64,000 bases of DNA, from NCBI GenBank assembly GCA_050331735.1, contig JBHJGN010000024.1, forward strand, positions 10,755 to 74,754, written 5' to 3'. The position numbers and the translations under genes were made by a program. The notes beneath the pieces were generated by a model. The model worked only from the letters and a program-made list of their open reading frames with translations, ran no database searches and was not told the origin of the DNA. Shown in pieces: positions 20,832-29,945 of the stretch (position 1 is the stretch's first letter; every line of letters begins with the position of its first letter). This DNA is from Cyanophyceae cyanobacterium. GTDB taxonomy: Bacteria > Cyanobacteriota > Cyanobacteriia > Cyanobacteriales > JBHJGN01.

Positions 20832-21740
20832 TCAGTGAGAAACGGACTCCCCAAGGGTTTGTGCTAGCCAATCGATGATTAAAGAGTTAACCCGGTCTGG
20901 TTTCTCGTCGTGAGGACAATGACCAGCATGAGGAATCGAATAAAAGTTCGTATCACTATCGTTTTCTTCAGCTAGTCGTTGATAAATTTCTGCCCCTTTA
21001 ATCGGAGTCCAGGGATCGTTTTCTCCCCAGAGTACTAACAACGGATGCTGAAGCTTTGCTAGCAGTGCTTGCGGCTTGGGGCCTGCTGGTGCTGTGAGTA
21101 CAGAGGCAAACACTTTTTGCGCTCCGCGATCGCACGAAGGCGCATAGAGTAGCTCTACCAGTTCGTCGGTGACGGCATTGCGGTCTTGGTACACTTGGTA
21201 AAGCGAACGACGAATTTGGGATTTCCGACGGACGGCATTAAAAACAAAGCCACCAATTCCTGGCGCACTAACCAGTTTCGTGAACGCTCCCATGATGGTT
21301 CGGAGGGGCAGATTGAGTTCGTCAGGACGATGATTGAGTCCGCCAGCACTGTTAAGCAGCACTCCACCTGCGGCAATTTCAGGAAATTCCGTCATCACCA
21401 TCAGGCACAGCAAGCCGCCAATCGAGTTGCCAACGAAGACGGTTGGTTCTTGAATGTGAGCGTCCCAAAAGTCTTTGATCTGCTGCTGCCACAGTTCTAG
21501 TCGGTAGTCCAGCGCTGGCTTATCAGAACCACCAAACCCTAAGAGATCTAGGGCAAAGACGCGATAGCCAGCTTCAGCGAGGACAGGAATATTTTTCCGC
21601 CAGTGACCAATCGAAGCCCCAAAGCCATGTACCAGAAGCAGAGGGAAGCCTTCTCCCCTGACGGTGTATTGAATTGAATGTCCTTGCCACGTCCAGGACA
21701 GTTTTTCCAATGGTTCTACAATTGGTTGTGTTGTTGCCAT
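20832..21740 (-). CDS. Alpha/beta fold hydrolase
   Basis: HGFGAS, GNSIGG nucleophile elbow, GHCPHDE. Confidence 0.92.
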   Translation of the reverse strand: MATTQPIVEPLEKLSWTWQGHSIQYTVRGEGFPLLLVHGFGASIGHWRKNIPVLAEAGYRVFALDLLGFGGSDKPALDYRLELWQQQIKDFWDAHIQEPTVFVGNSIGGLLCLMVMTEFPEIAAGGVLLNSAGGLNHRPDELNLPLRTIMGAFTKLVSAPGIGGFVFNAVRRKSQIRRSLYQVYQDRNAVTDELVELLYAPSCDRGAQKVFASVLTAPAGPKPQALLAKLQHPLLVLWGENDPWTPIKGAEIYQRLAEENDSDTNFYSIPHAGHCPHDEKPDRVNSLIIDWLAQTLGESVSH

Positions 21741-21893
21741 ACTGTGAAGTTTTATTAACTCTTTTCATGATACAAAACATCTTTATGAATAGAGACTACC
21801 CGGGCGCAGAAAACAAAGCTGTAGCGATCGCTCTCTAGGCTAGCAAACAAGCTGTCCCACTCTGTTTCTTCGCTCTCTCCTTCGCGTACCTCA

Positions 21894-22005
21894 TCCCATT
21901 TCTTAATGGTGATGCGACACAAAAAGAGAGGCTCGCTCCTTTCCCCCTTCCCCTTGCCCCTTTTCCCCTCCTACACATCTGTAGCTTTACTTGTCAGAAA
22001 TGGTA
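21894..22005 (-). mobile_element. MITE family A copy
   Basis: Reverse complement of 26086-26197; TIR T(C/A)CCATTTCT...AGAAATGGTA. Confidence 0.8.
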
Positions 22006-22067
22006 TCCAGCGTTGGTTGCATGAACCCTAAATACTAAATTCCATTAGTCTCTTTCCTGATGTAGGT

Positions 22068-23864
22068 TTAAGAGCTCTGTCCTCTTAACCCCGTTTGGAC
22101 ACGCCATAGATTGGCATAGATGCCCTGCTGCTGCACCAAATCTTCGTGGGTGCCCTGCTCGACAATTTTCCCCTGTTCCATGACGTAGATACAGTCTGCG
22201 TGACGAATGGTAGACAGACGATGGGCGATCGCAATGGTTGTGCGGTTCTGGGTAATGCGCTCTAGGGAGCGAGCGATCGCCGCTTCCGTTTCGTTGTCAA
22301 CAGCAGAGGTTGCTTCATCTAAAATCAAAATTGGCGGAGCTTTGAGCACGGCTCGGGCGATCGCAATCCGCTGTCGCTGTCCTCCCGATAGTTTCTGACC
22401 TCTCTCCCCTACAATCGTGTCGTATTGGTCGGGTAAGCGCTCGATAAAGTCGTGTGCTTCGGCTACTTGCGCCGCGGCCACAATCTCTGTGAGATCTGCT
22501 CGGGGGCTACCGTAGGCGATATTCTCCCGCACCGTCCCGTGAAAGAGAAACACATCCTGACTAACTAAGCCAATGCTGCGCCGCAGGTCGTACAGTAAAA
22601 TATCGCGAATGTTAGTGCCGTCGAGGGTAATCGTTCCCTGCTGAACTTCGTAAAGCCTCAGCAGCAGCTTAACGAGGGTACTTTTTCCAGAACCTGTTGA
22701 GCCGACGATGGCAATAGTTTTACCCGCCGGAATATGCAGCGAGAAGTTCTCAATCACAGGGTGGCCTGACCGATAGGCAAAGGTAATATCGCGCAGATGT
22801 AGCTCGCCGCGCACGGTCGTGATGGGCAAAGATTTTTTTCCCGAGTGAATCGTGATGGGGGTATCGAGAAGATTCATGACTCGGCGGGTCGAGGCAATCG
22901 CCCGCTGATATAGATCTAAGGTTTGCCCGAGGCGGGTCAGGGGCCACAGTAAGCGCTGCGTGAGGAAGACGAGGACGCTATAGGTTCCTACTGCCAAGTT
23001 ACCGTCGATCACTGCCATGCCTCCGTAGAGAAGAGTGGCGGTAAAAGCAAACAAAATTAAGATCCGAATCAGCGGGATAAAGGCGGCACTGAGGGCGATC
23101 GCTCGCTGGTTACTGTGGCGGTAGGCTTCACTATCCTGCCGTAAGCGCTCAATTTCATACGCTTCAGCGGTAAAGCTTTTGATGGTGGTTATACCGCTCA
23201 GGTTGTTTGCCAGTCGGCTATTGAGTAATCCTACCTTATCTCGCATATCTGCGTAGCGAGAGGCTAAGAGCTTTTGGAACGCGATCGATCCCCAGATAAT
23301 AAACGGAATCGGCAGAACAGCGAGCCAAGCGATATTGGGAGCCAGCACAAAAAAAGCGGCGCTAATAATGATGGCCGTTGTTAGTACCTGAAGAATTTCG
23401 TTGACTCCGACATCCAAAAATCTCTCTAGCTGATTCACATCATCATTAAGAATCGCTAGCAGCGTTCCCGTTGAGCGTTCTTCAAAATAGGCGAGCTCTA
23501 GTTCCTGGACGTGGCTGTAGGCATCCAGACGGAGGTTATGCTGAATGTTTTGGGCTAGGTTGCGCCACAGGCGATCGTAGGCATACTGAAAGGCCGATTC
23601 TAACCCCCACAGAATCAGAGAGAGAAAGGCAAGCACCACCAGTTGCCCAAAGACATCGGTGAGGCCTAAATTGGCAATAATTGAATCCTGCTGTTGCACA
23701 ACAACGTCTATCGCCGCGCCAATGAGCAGTGGCGGAGTCAGATCGAAAACTTTGTTAAGAATCGAACAGATAATAGCTTGCCAGATTAACGGGCGATATT
23801 TGCGTCCATATTGGAAGAGACGCACCAGGGGGTGTTGAGATTGGGATTGCTGGGGCAAAGTCAA
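22068..23864 (-). CDS. ABC exporter, fused permease/ATP-binding (MsbA/ATM-like)
   Basis: TM domain + [28 protein letters not shown]. Confidence 0.95.
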   Translation of the reverse strand: MTLPQQSQSQHPLVRLFQYGRKYRPLIWQAIICSILNKVFDLTPPLLIGAAIDVVVQQQDSIIANLGLTDVFGQLVVLAFLSLILWGLESAFQYAYDRLWRNLAQNIQHNLRLDAYSHVQELELAYFEERSTGTLLAILNDDVNQLERFLDVGVNEILQVLTTAIIISAAFFVLAPNIAWLAVLPIPFIIWGSIAFQKLLASRYADMRDKVGLLNSRLANNLSGITTIKSFTAEAYEIERLRQDSEAYRHSNQRAIALSAAFIPLIRILILFAFTATLLYGGMAVIDGNLAVGTYSVLVFLTQRLLWPLTRLGQTLDLYQRAIASTRRVMNLLDTPITIHSGKKSLPITTVRGELHLRDITFAYRSGHPVIENFSLHIPAGKTIAIVGSTGSGKSTLVKLLLRLYEVQQGTITLDGTNIRDILLYDLRRSIGLVSQDVFLFHGTVRENIAYGSPRADLTEIVAAAQVAEAHDFIERLPDQYDTIVGERGQKLSGGQRQRIAIARAVLKAPPILILDEATSAVDNETEAAIARSLERITQNRTTIAIAHRLSTIRHADCIYVMEQGKIVEQGTHEDLVQQQGIYANLWRVQTGLRGQSS

Positions 23865-24108
23865 GAGGGAGGAGGAAGGTATGCTGCTTTTTATTGTCGC
23901 TCATCATTAGGCATAACGAACTCAAGGATTTGTCTTCGTCAGTCTCGAATCGTGTTCAGTATCCTGCTGCTCCCAACCAAGCCAACTATCATTCCTAAGC
24001 GAGTCATAAAAACCTCGAAGTGCCACCGAAATTTTTTCTAGAGGCTACTTTGAGCAGGCAATCGCTAACAATCAGCTACCCTCGTCGCACCTTATTTAGC
24101 AACACAAT

Positions 24109-24282
24109 CTAACTAATTACTTCTTTAATCATGCTGAGAATATCGTCATTAATATTGCGGGGACTTTTCAAGTACAGCTTATCCTTTTCAATCTGCAAGA
24201 CTCGTTCAATAATTTGCCGCACTTCCGGGTCTGCACTGGTAATCGGTTCTTGAACTTTGTCGATGTTTTGCTCTTGGTTCAT
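24109..24282 (-). CDS. 57-aa small protein downstream of the helicase (not in ORF track)
   Basis: Manual translation MNQEQNIDKVQEPITSADPEVRQIIERVLQIEKDKLYLKSPRNINDDILSMIKEVIS; amphipathic helices; co-oriented with the helicase. Confidence 0.75.
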   Translation of the reverse strand: MNQEQNIDKVQEPITSADPEVRQIIERVLQIEKDKLYLKSPRNINDDILSMIKEVIS

Positions 24283-24359
24283 AGGTTTGTAGTAGTTTCT
24301 ACGTTAATGAGGAGAAGGCTCGGGTTCTAGTTTTTTGTTCATTGTTCTCTCATGATTGC

Positions 24360-25841
24360 CTACAGTAACTGATATTTCTCTTGCAGTCCTAACAGCGCTG
24401 TTTTGGCTTCATCAGCGTTGTCCGCTAAATTAGCAAACTCGATAAACCGCTTCAGTTCCTTGTTCAATAAATTCCGTTCTACTTCCCTGGTTTCGCGCTC
24501 TAGCTCTGGCGGCATTACAATCATGTCAAACAGAGTGGCGCCGGTTTTACCCGCGTGAGGGCGTAAAATCCTGCCGCGTCGCTGAATAAACTGACGCGGA
24601 TTGCCAGTACTCGCTAAAATTACAGCCGTTTGAATTGACGGAATATCGACCCCTTCATCTAAGCAGCGGATGGCGACTAACCCCTGCAATTCTCCCCGTT
24701 CAAACTGCTGCCGCATCGCTTCGCGTTCGGCGAGAGGCGTTTGGGCAGTATAGGTATTGACTCGGTAGCCTAATTCCTTGCCCAAAAGACGAGTCACGGC
24801 TTCTAGCTGACGACGTTCGTAAGCCTCAGCCGTCACTAGCCCATCGCCGCAGTAAAACAGGGTATGATGAGTGTGCAAACGGTTTGCCATGAGCTGTCGT
24901 AGGGCGTTAAGCTTGTTGGCCGCAGCCCCAATCAGGCGCGATCGCTGCATCAATAGCGCCGTTAAAGCGGCGTTGGTTTTCCAGTTGTCATTTTCCGCCA
25001 TTGCCCAGCCAATTCGCTGAGTGAGCTTAGCGTAGGCAAACGCTTCGGCGGTCGTCAGCTCTACTAGAACTGGATAGTAACGGTAGTGAACTAATGCCCC
25101 CTGCTGAATCGCATCGGCCAAAGTAAATTCCGGCTGCAACACTGCCCCAAAATAATGTAGCAAGGTATCTGTTCCCTCCTCATCGAAGTATCTTTCTGGA
25201 GTAGCTGATAGAGCTAATCGAAGGCCGATACTGCGCGGCAAGCTCGCTTCTAGGCGAGGAGAACCAAGATTATGGGCCTCGTCGCCGACAATTAACGTTT
25301 TTTCTGGAAAAAACCGAAGCTGAGACTGAAATCCTTCCCCGATGAGCGTTGAGTTCGTAGTAATAATCGTCAGGAAAGGTTGGCTATTGGAAGTGACGTT
25401 GTATAATTCCGTAGAAAGTTGGCTTTGCCAGTGACGAACGTTTTCAAACGCCAAGACTGGTTTTAGAGCAAATTTCTCGCACTCTCTAGCCCACTGAGTG
25501 ACGAGATGGCGATGCGGACAGAGAACGAGGAGCACCTGTAAACCGATTTTCTGGTACAGTTCTGTGGCAATAGCGAGGGCAGTGATGGTTTTACCACTCC
25601 CCGTGGCCATCTTTAACGTTCCCCGTCCCCGGTTTTTGAACCAACTAACAACGGCTTGCTGCTGATACGGACGCAGGGCGATCACCGCCGGAAATCTTGG
25701 CCGTCCTGACGGTTTGTGCTGGTAATACCCACCTAACTCGGCAACTTTTGTCGGTCGTTGAGCAACATCCCGGGCTAGCCGATCCCAGTCTAGCTCAGCG
25801 ATCCGATTGAACTGAAGACGAGCAACGAGGTCTTGGTTCAT
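24360..25841 (-). CDS. SF2 (ResIII/DEAH) helicase of the 'DNA phosphorothioation system restriction enzyme' type
   Basis: LRPYQ, MATGSGKT, DEAH, LSATP, CLDEGVDIP, FIQRRGRILR; no N-terminal PLD nuclease (HKD) domain. Confidence 0.85.
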   Translation of the reverse strand: MNQDLVARLQFNRIAELDWDRLARDVAQRPTKVAELGGYYQHKPSGRPRFPAVIALRPYQQQAVVSWFKNRGRGTLKMATGSGKTITALAIATELYQKIGLQVLLVLCPHRHLVTQWARECEKFALKPVLAFENVRHWQSQLSTELYNVTSNSQPFLTIITTNSTLIGEGFQSQLRFFPEKTLIVGDEAHNLGSPRLEASLPRSIGLRLALSATPERYFDEEGTDTLLHYFGAVLQPEFTLADAIQQGALVHYRYYPVLVELTTAEAFAYAKLTQRIGWAMAENDNWKTNAALTALLMQRSRLIGAAANKLNALRQLMANRLHTHHTLFYCGDGLVTAEAYERRQLEAVTRLLGKELGYRVNTYTAQTPLAEREAMRQQFERGELQGLVAIRCLDEGVDIPSIQTAVILASTGNPRQFIQRRGRILRPHAGKTGATLFDMIVMPPELERETREVERNLLNKELKRFIEFANLADNADEAKTALLGLQEKYQLL

Positions 25842-26008
25842 TTTTTCTGAGGATAACGATAGCTTCTAGCCCCCTTGGAGATGTAAGCCAGAAAAAACGT
25901 CGTTAAACCCGCCATGCCGAAACTAAACGAGTGCGTGAGGGCGATCGCCGTACCAGCGAGCAGTATCCCTGGCAAATAGGCTGATAGCCTGTCAGTAGAA
26001 GATTTCAT
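25838..26008 (-). CDS. 56-aa putative small membrane protein coupled to the helicase (not in ORF track)
   Basis: MKSSTDRLSAYLPGILLAGTAIALTHSFSFGMAGLTTFFLAYISKGARSYRYPQKK; its TGA overlaps the helicase ATG (ATGA). Confidence 0.55.
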   Translation of the reverse strand: MKSSTDRLSAYLPGILLAGTAIALTHSFSFGMAGLTTFFLAYISKGARSYRYPQKK

Positions 26009-26085
26009 AAAAATAAAGCTATATCCAGCAATTTAGCAATTGATTAGCGTCTTTTCAAGCCATTTTTCTTCTAGCCTTAGTTTAA

Positions 26086-26197
26086 TACCATTTCTGACAA
26101 GTAAAGCTACAGATGTGTAGGAGGGGAAAAGGGGCAAGGGGAAGGGGGAAAGGGTCAAGTCTCTCTTTTTGTGTCGCATCATCATTAAGAGATGGTT
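26086..26197 (+). mobile_element. MITE family A copy
   Basis: TACCATTTCT...AGAGATGGTT flanked by TAA/TAA. Confidence 0.8.
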
Positions 26198-26295
26198 TAA
26201 CTTCATTAAAGCAGCGAAGCTGCGGGAAAAGGGGAAAGGGTTAAGGGAAAAGGTCTTGACAGTTATCAGTTAACAGTTATCAAATCAGCTAGTTA

Positions 26296-26430
26296 TACCA
26301 TTTACCGAAAGTAGTCAGATAGTTCCTTAAACTCACCAAGCATTGGAGGTTCAAGGGCAAAGAGCTGCTGTGCTTCCCTTTCCCCTTTCCCCCAACTCAT
26401 CAAGTCTCCTATTACTTTTTCTAATTGGTA
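26296..26430 (+). mobile_element. MITE family B copy
   Basis: TACCATTTACCGAAAGTAG...CTAATTGGTA flanked by TTA/TTA; near-identical to 53029-53170. Confidence 0.85.
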
Positions 26431-26472
26431 TTAGTTTGGTCACTGTTTCCCCTTTCCCCGTCCCGCAGGAAC

Positions 26473-29400
26473 TTACAAAGCTTGCCTAATCCACTGATGG
26501 GCTCGGTTTGGTCTTGCTTGGAACCCAAAACGATGCAGGAGCTCAACGATTTTGCTTTCTGTCACTCCTGTGCTCATGGCGGCACGTTTCACGTCGAAGC
26601 GAACCTGAATCGGCAAATGCTGCCGTTGCTGGGCCAAGAGTTCGTTCATCTCATCACGGAGCGAATCGCGAACGGCAATATACTGATTTGTGAGCGGGCT
26701 TTTGATGCGTTCTACTGCCGTCTGGACAGCCTGCTCAATTGCGCCAGTATTATCTACCATTGTCAATTCGTGCTTTGCTCCCATCGCGATGAGGCGATCG
26801 TAGATGCAGCGAATCATCTCAAAATGGTCCTGATAGCGCTTGGCATCTCGATGCACGGCTGTTTGGGCGCGGCGAGCAAAATGTTGATAATGCTGGTGAC
26901 GTTCGACTTGAACCACTAGCCAGTCGATATTGAGCAGCTCAAACAGTCTCTCTGCGAGTAATCCTGGCATCAGTACCACTCCTTCTAGAAGAGCAGAGGT
27001 ATTTTGTTTGTGTAAGCGTTTGACTAACCCGGCAACCCCAATGGTGGTGAGAATCGCTTGGCAGTAGTAGGACTCCAGGCTGCCCTCAAACGAAGATTGG
27101 TAGAGACCGGGAAAAGCGCGAGCCGCCTCCTCTCCAAATAGAAACTCCAAAATTGCTTTAGTATTAGCTCGTCCCGCCTCATCGGTAGAAAAGACCTTCT
27201 GTATATTGAAGCGCTGTGCGAGGTGCGTACACAGAGTTGATTTGCCCGATCCGGTAGCTCCGCTTACCAAAACAATCGTTGGTTTTGTAATGTCTTTCCA
27301 GCGCGGCAGATCGTAGACCCGCAGCATCACCCCCCGAACGAGCTGGTAGAGGTCTGCGGCTGAAAATTGATCGCGCATCGGGTCGAGAAGTGCATGGCGA
27401 TAGAGCGTCGTTTCTAAGCGGTCTTTCAGCGATTTCCAGCGGTGGTATTGCTGAAAGTAGGTACTTTCTAAGTGATTAATGTCTTCCTCCCACTCAGCCA
27501 CCATATTTTCTAGCGGGACTAAATCGAGCGCTGGTTGTTGGGCTTCGTGTTGAAGCTCGTGATACCAGCGATTGAGCCGCTGAGATGAAGGGGGGTCAGC
27601 TTCAGTTTGCCGCAGGTCTTCAAAACAGCGTTCTACGGCTTGCCACGGTACCACTCGTACCGACTGCAAAACGAGAAGCTGTTGCAGCAGTTGCTGCATA
27701 AATTGCTTGAGTGAAGGCAAATCGTTGACCTTAGTGTGCAGCAGATGGAGCAGTGCCTGCACAATTTGCTGATGAGAGACTTCCAAAGCGTTGATGTAGT
27801 CGCCAATTTTCCGCTTTAGCTCTGGCAAGAGTTTTTTCTTGAGAAAAGATTTGCTGTCGTGAAGATTTCCTAAATCAGCAGTCAGTTCCTGCGGCACCTC
27901 GGTTTCCTGCCAGGGATAGAGATCCCGATTCTGATCGAGAAACAGGGCGGAGGTTTCAAAGAGTTCTAGCACCACCTGACGTGCCGTATCGTAGGTATAT
28001 TCGGGTAAAACAGCCAGGCGATCGATCAGAGCATACTGGCGCTCCACGAGCTGACCGAGTTTGAAATGAGTGGTGTACAGTTGTTTGTAATGTTGCTGAA
28101 TTAGCGTGTAAATGTGCTGATCGGTGAGCAGTTCGCTGATGGATGGATGTTGAGCCTGCGCCTGCCAAATCAGCTTTTCATGACGAATGCGAAACGGCAT
28201 TAGCCGCTCTAGAACCTGCTGAGCCTTCGCGGCTAGAGGCGTTTGAGAGGCTGTGAGTTCTCGGAGGGTGCGCACAACGTGTTTAAGCTGTTCCTGTTCC
28301 AGCAGCTCTTGCACCACACTTTGCTCCTCTAGAGTCTGCCCCCGATTCGCATCGTAGTGAATGCCCATGATGCCTTCGCAGGCAAAGGCGCGATCTAGAT
28401 TTCTCGTTTTGTCATCGATAAAAATGGTTTGCTGAGCAATCTGCTCGTAGTGCTGCGTCCAAAAGTCGTCCCATTGCTGACGAAAAGAAGCCAAGGCCAC
28501 CGGAGCATGACCAAGTTCCTTGAGAAAGTGATTGTACTGGGTGAGGGCCGCTTGAGAGTCGGGGCGATCGCCTGAGGCAAAAGTCGCTCGCCAGAGCTGA
28601 TGCAGCATCGGATTGGGAAAGTTGACCCCAAGCACCTCTTGAGCAAACCGATCGAGGAAAACGTGCTGTTTAAAGGAGCGATAAATTTTAGGATCGGGTT
28701 TACTGGCTCCAAAGGTTTCAGAAACAATCGCGACTAGCCCCTGGAGGTAGTCAAACTCATGCTGGCCGAGGAAGTATTCAATTTTTGCCATAAAGTTGTT
28801 GGTTAACCCGTACTGACGAATTCCCAAAAGATTGATGCGGTGCAGAACCGAGCGGTTCTCGTGCTTGGCATCGTAATGGCTATAGTAGAGGGTGAGGAAA
28901 TGACGAATTTCGGCATCCGTAATCTGAATCTGCTTTCCGATTTCGGCAAAAGCGGTATTAAAGGTTTCAATGGCGTGACGAGCAAACTGTTCGGGAGTGG
29001 CCTGACCGATTTTAAGAGCATCATAGTTGACTCCTGGAACCGGCTCGCCTTTAAAAATGGTGCGCCAAATCTGCGTTAATTGCTCTTGGGGTAACTCACC
29101 CCCCTTGTCGTGAGCGTAAAGCTCCACAAAAAATTGATTATGGCCATCCATCAACACCCCACCAAAATCCCAGGCGATCGCCGCAGGACTGTGAACGCGC
29201 AGCAGCGTTTGTTCTATTCGTTCTAGAGCGTACCGCCTTACCTCCTCAGGTCCATTCTTGACAAGCTCTAAATATCCAGCAATATATTCTAGTCTGTCGC
29301 AATCGTCTTGCTGATAATCAGGTTCTGTCTGTTCTTCGAGCTTGTACATTAAGGTCTCAGCCTCGACAACTGGGTTCTGACTCCAATGGCTTAAGAGCCG

Positions 29401-29577
29401 CTCAACTCTTTGAGCTAGTGGCGGGAGTTGCTGTTGACGTTTGTGATGTAGATAATCCTTCAGCAAGTCCTGAGGAGTTTGCCGTGTCGTTTGCTGCCGC
29501 TCGTGGGTTAACAATCGAATTGCCAATATTTGTGGAACCATCACCAAGCCTGCTCTAAGTATCTCTCTCATTGTCAT
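26473..29577 (-). CDS. Large fusion: HAD-like phosphatase + helical linker + 2-phosphoglycerate-kinase-like P-loop domain
   Basis: HAD motifs WDFGGVL / LTNN / SKPDPKIY / IFIDD; C-terminal SGATGSGKST, STD, LLEGVVLMPG, RYQDHFEMIR. Confidence 0.75.
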   Translation of the reverse strand: MTMREILRAGLVMVPQILAIRLLTHERQQTTRQTPQDLLKDYLHHKRQQQLPPLAQRVERLLSHWSQNPVVEAETLMYKLEEQTEPDYQQDDCDRLEYIAGYLELVKNGPEEVRRYALERIEQTLLRVHSPAAIAWDFGGVLMDGHNQFFVELYAHDKGGELPQEQLTQIWRTIFKGEPVPGVNYDALKIGQATPEQFARHAIETFNTAFAEIGKQIQITDAEIRHFLTLYYSHYDAKHENRSVLHRINLLGIRQYGLTNNFMAKIEYFLGQHEFDYLQGLVAIVSETFGASKPDPKIYRSFKQHVFLDRFAQEVLGVNFPNPMLHQLWRATFASGDRPDSQAALTQYNHFLKELGHAPVALASFRQQWDDFWTQHYEQIAQQTIFIDDKTRNLDRAFACEGIMGIHYDANRGQTLEEQSVVQELLEQEQLKHVVRTLRELTASQTPLAAKAQQVLERLMPFRIRHEKLIWQAQAQHPSISELLTDQHIYTLIQQHYKQLYTTHFKLGQLVERQYALIDRLAVLPEYTYDTARQVVLELFETSALFLDQNRDLYPWQETEVPQELTADLGNLHDSKSFLKKKLLPELKRKIGDYINALEVSHQQIVQALLHLLHTKVNDLPSLKQFMQQLLQQLLVLQSVRVVPWQAVERCFEDLRQTEADPPSSQRLNRWYHELQHEAQQPALDLVPLENMVAEWEEDINHLESTYFQQYHRWKSLKDRLETTLYRHALLDPMRDQFSAADLYQLVRGVMLRVYDLPRWKDITKPTIVLVSGATGSGKSTLCTHLAQRFNIQKVFSTDEAGRANTKAILEFLFGEEAARAFPGLYQSSFEGSLESYYCQAILTTIGVAGLVKRLHKQNTSALLEGVVLMPGLLAERLFELLNIDWLVVQVERHQHYQHFARRAQTAVHRDAKRYQDHFEMIRCIYDRLIAMGAKHELTMVDNTGAIEQAVQTAVERIKSPLTNQYIAVRDSLRDEMNELLAQQRQHLPIQVRFDVKRAAMSTGVTESKIVELLHRFGFQARPNRAHQWIRQAL

Positions 29578-29629
29578 ATACAGACTTCAGACTCGAACAA
29601 GTTTCTTCGCCCAAGGGAGAAGCCGCTTT

Positions 29630-29835
29630 CGCGGCGGGAAAAGGGCAAAGGGGAAGGGGGAAAGGGAGGAATGAATGAGCTTGTTCCTCGGCTCTGTGTT
29701 CTTTCCCCGTCCCAGAGGGACTTTCCCTTTCCCCGTTCCGGAGGAACAGTTTCCCCTTTCCCCATCCCAGAGGGACTTTCCCTTTCCCGTCGCGTACTTC
29801 CTGCGGAAGAACTGCGTAAACGCGACATTTCCTTG
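29630..29835. repeat. Modular repeat family C, upstream of treS
   Basis: GGGAAAAGGGCAAAGGGGAAGGGGGAA, CCGTTCCGGAGGAACAGTTTCCCC and CTTCCTGCGGAA.AACTGCGTAAACGCGACATTTCC shared with 33263-33439. Confidence 0.85.
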
Positions 29836-29945
29836 TCAGTATAATTGGCAAGGGCAGATTAATAGCGTAAGCTAGCGGGTTTTCCTGCTAAATTTGTGTC
29901 AGTATCTATTCCTGTGACACTCAATCCTCCAGCAACCAGACAGCT

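Noticed and set aside
29530..29875. Several overlapping short ORFs upstream of treS (and similar ones at 33225-33579)
   Set aside because: Open frames produced by low-complexity family C repeats
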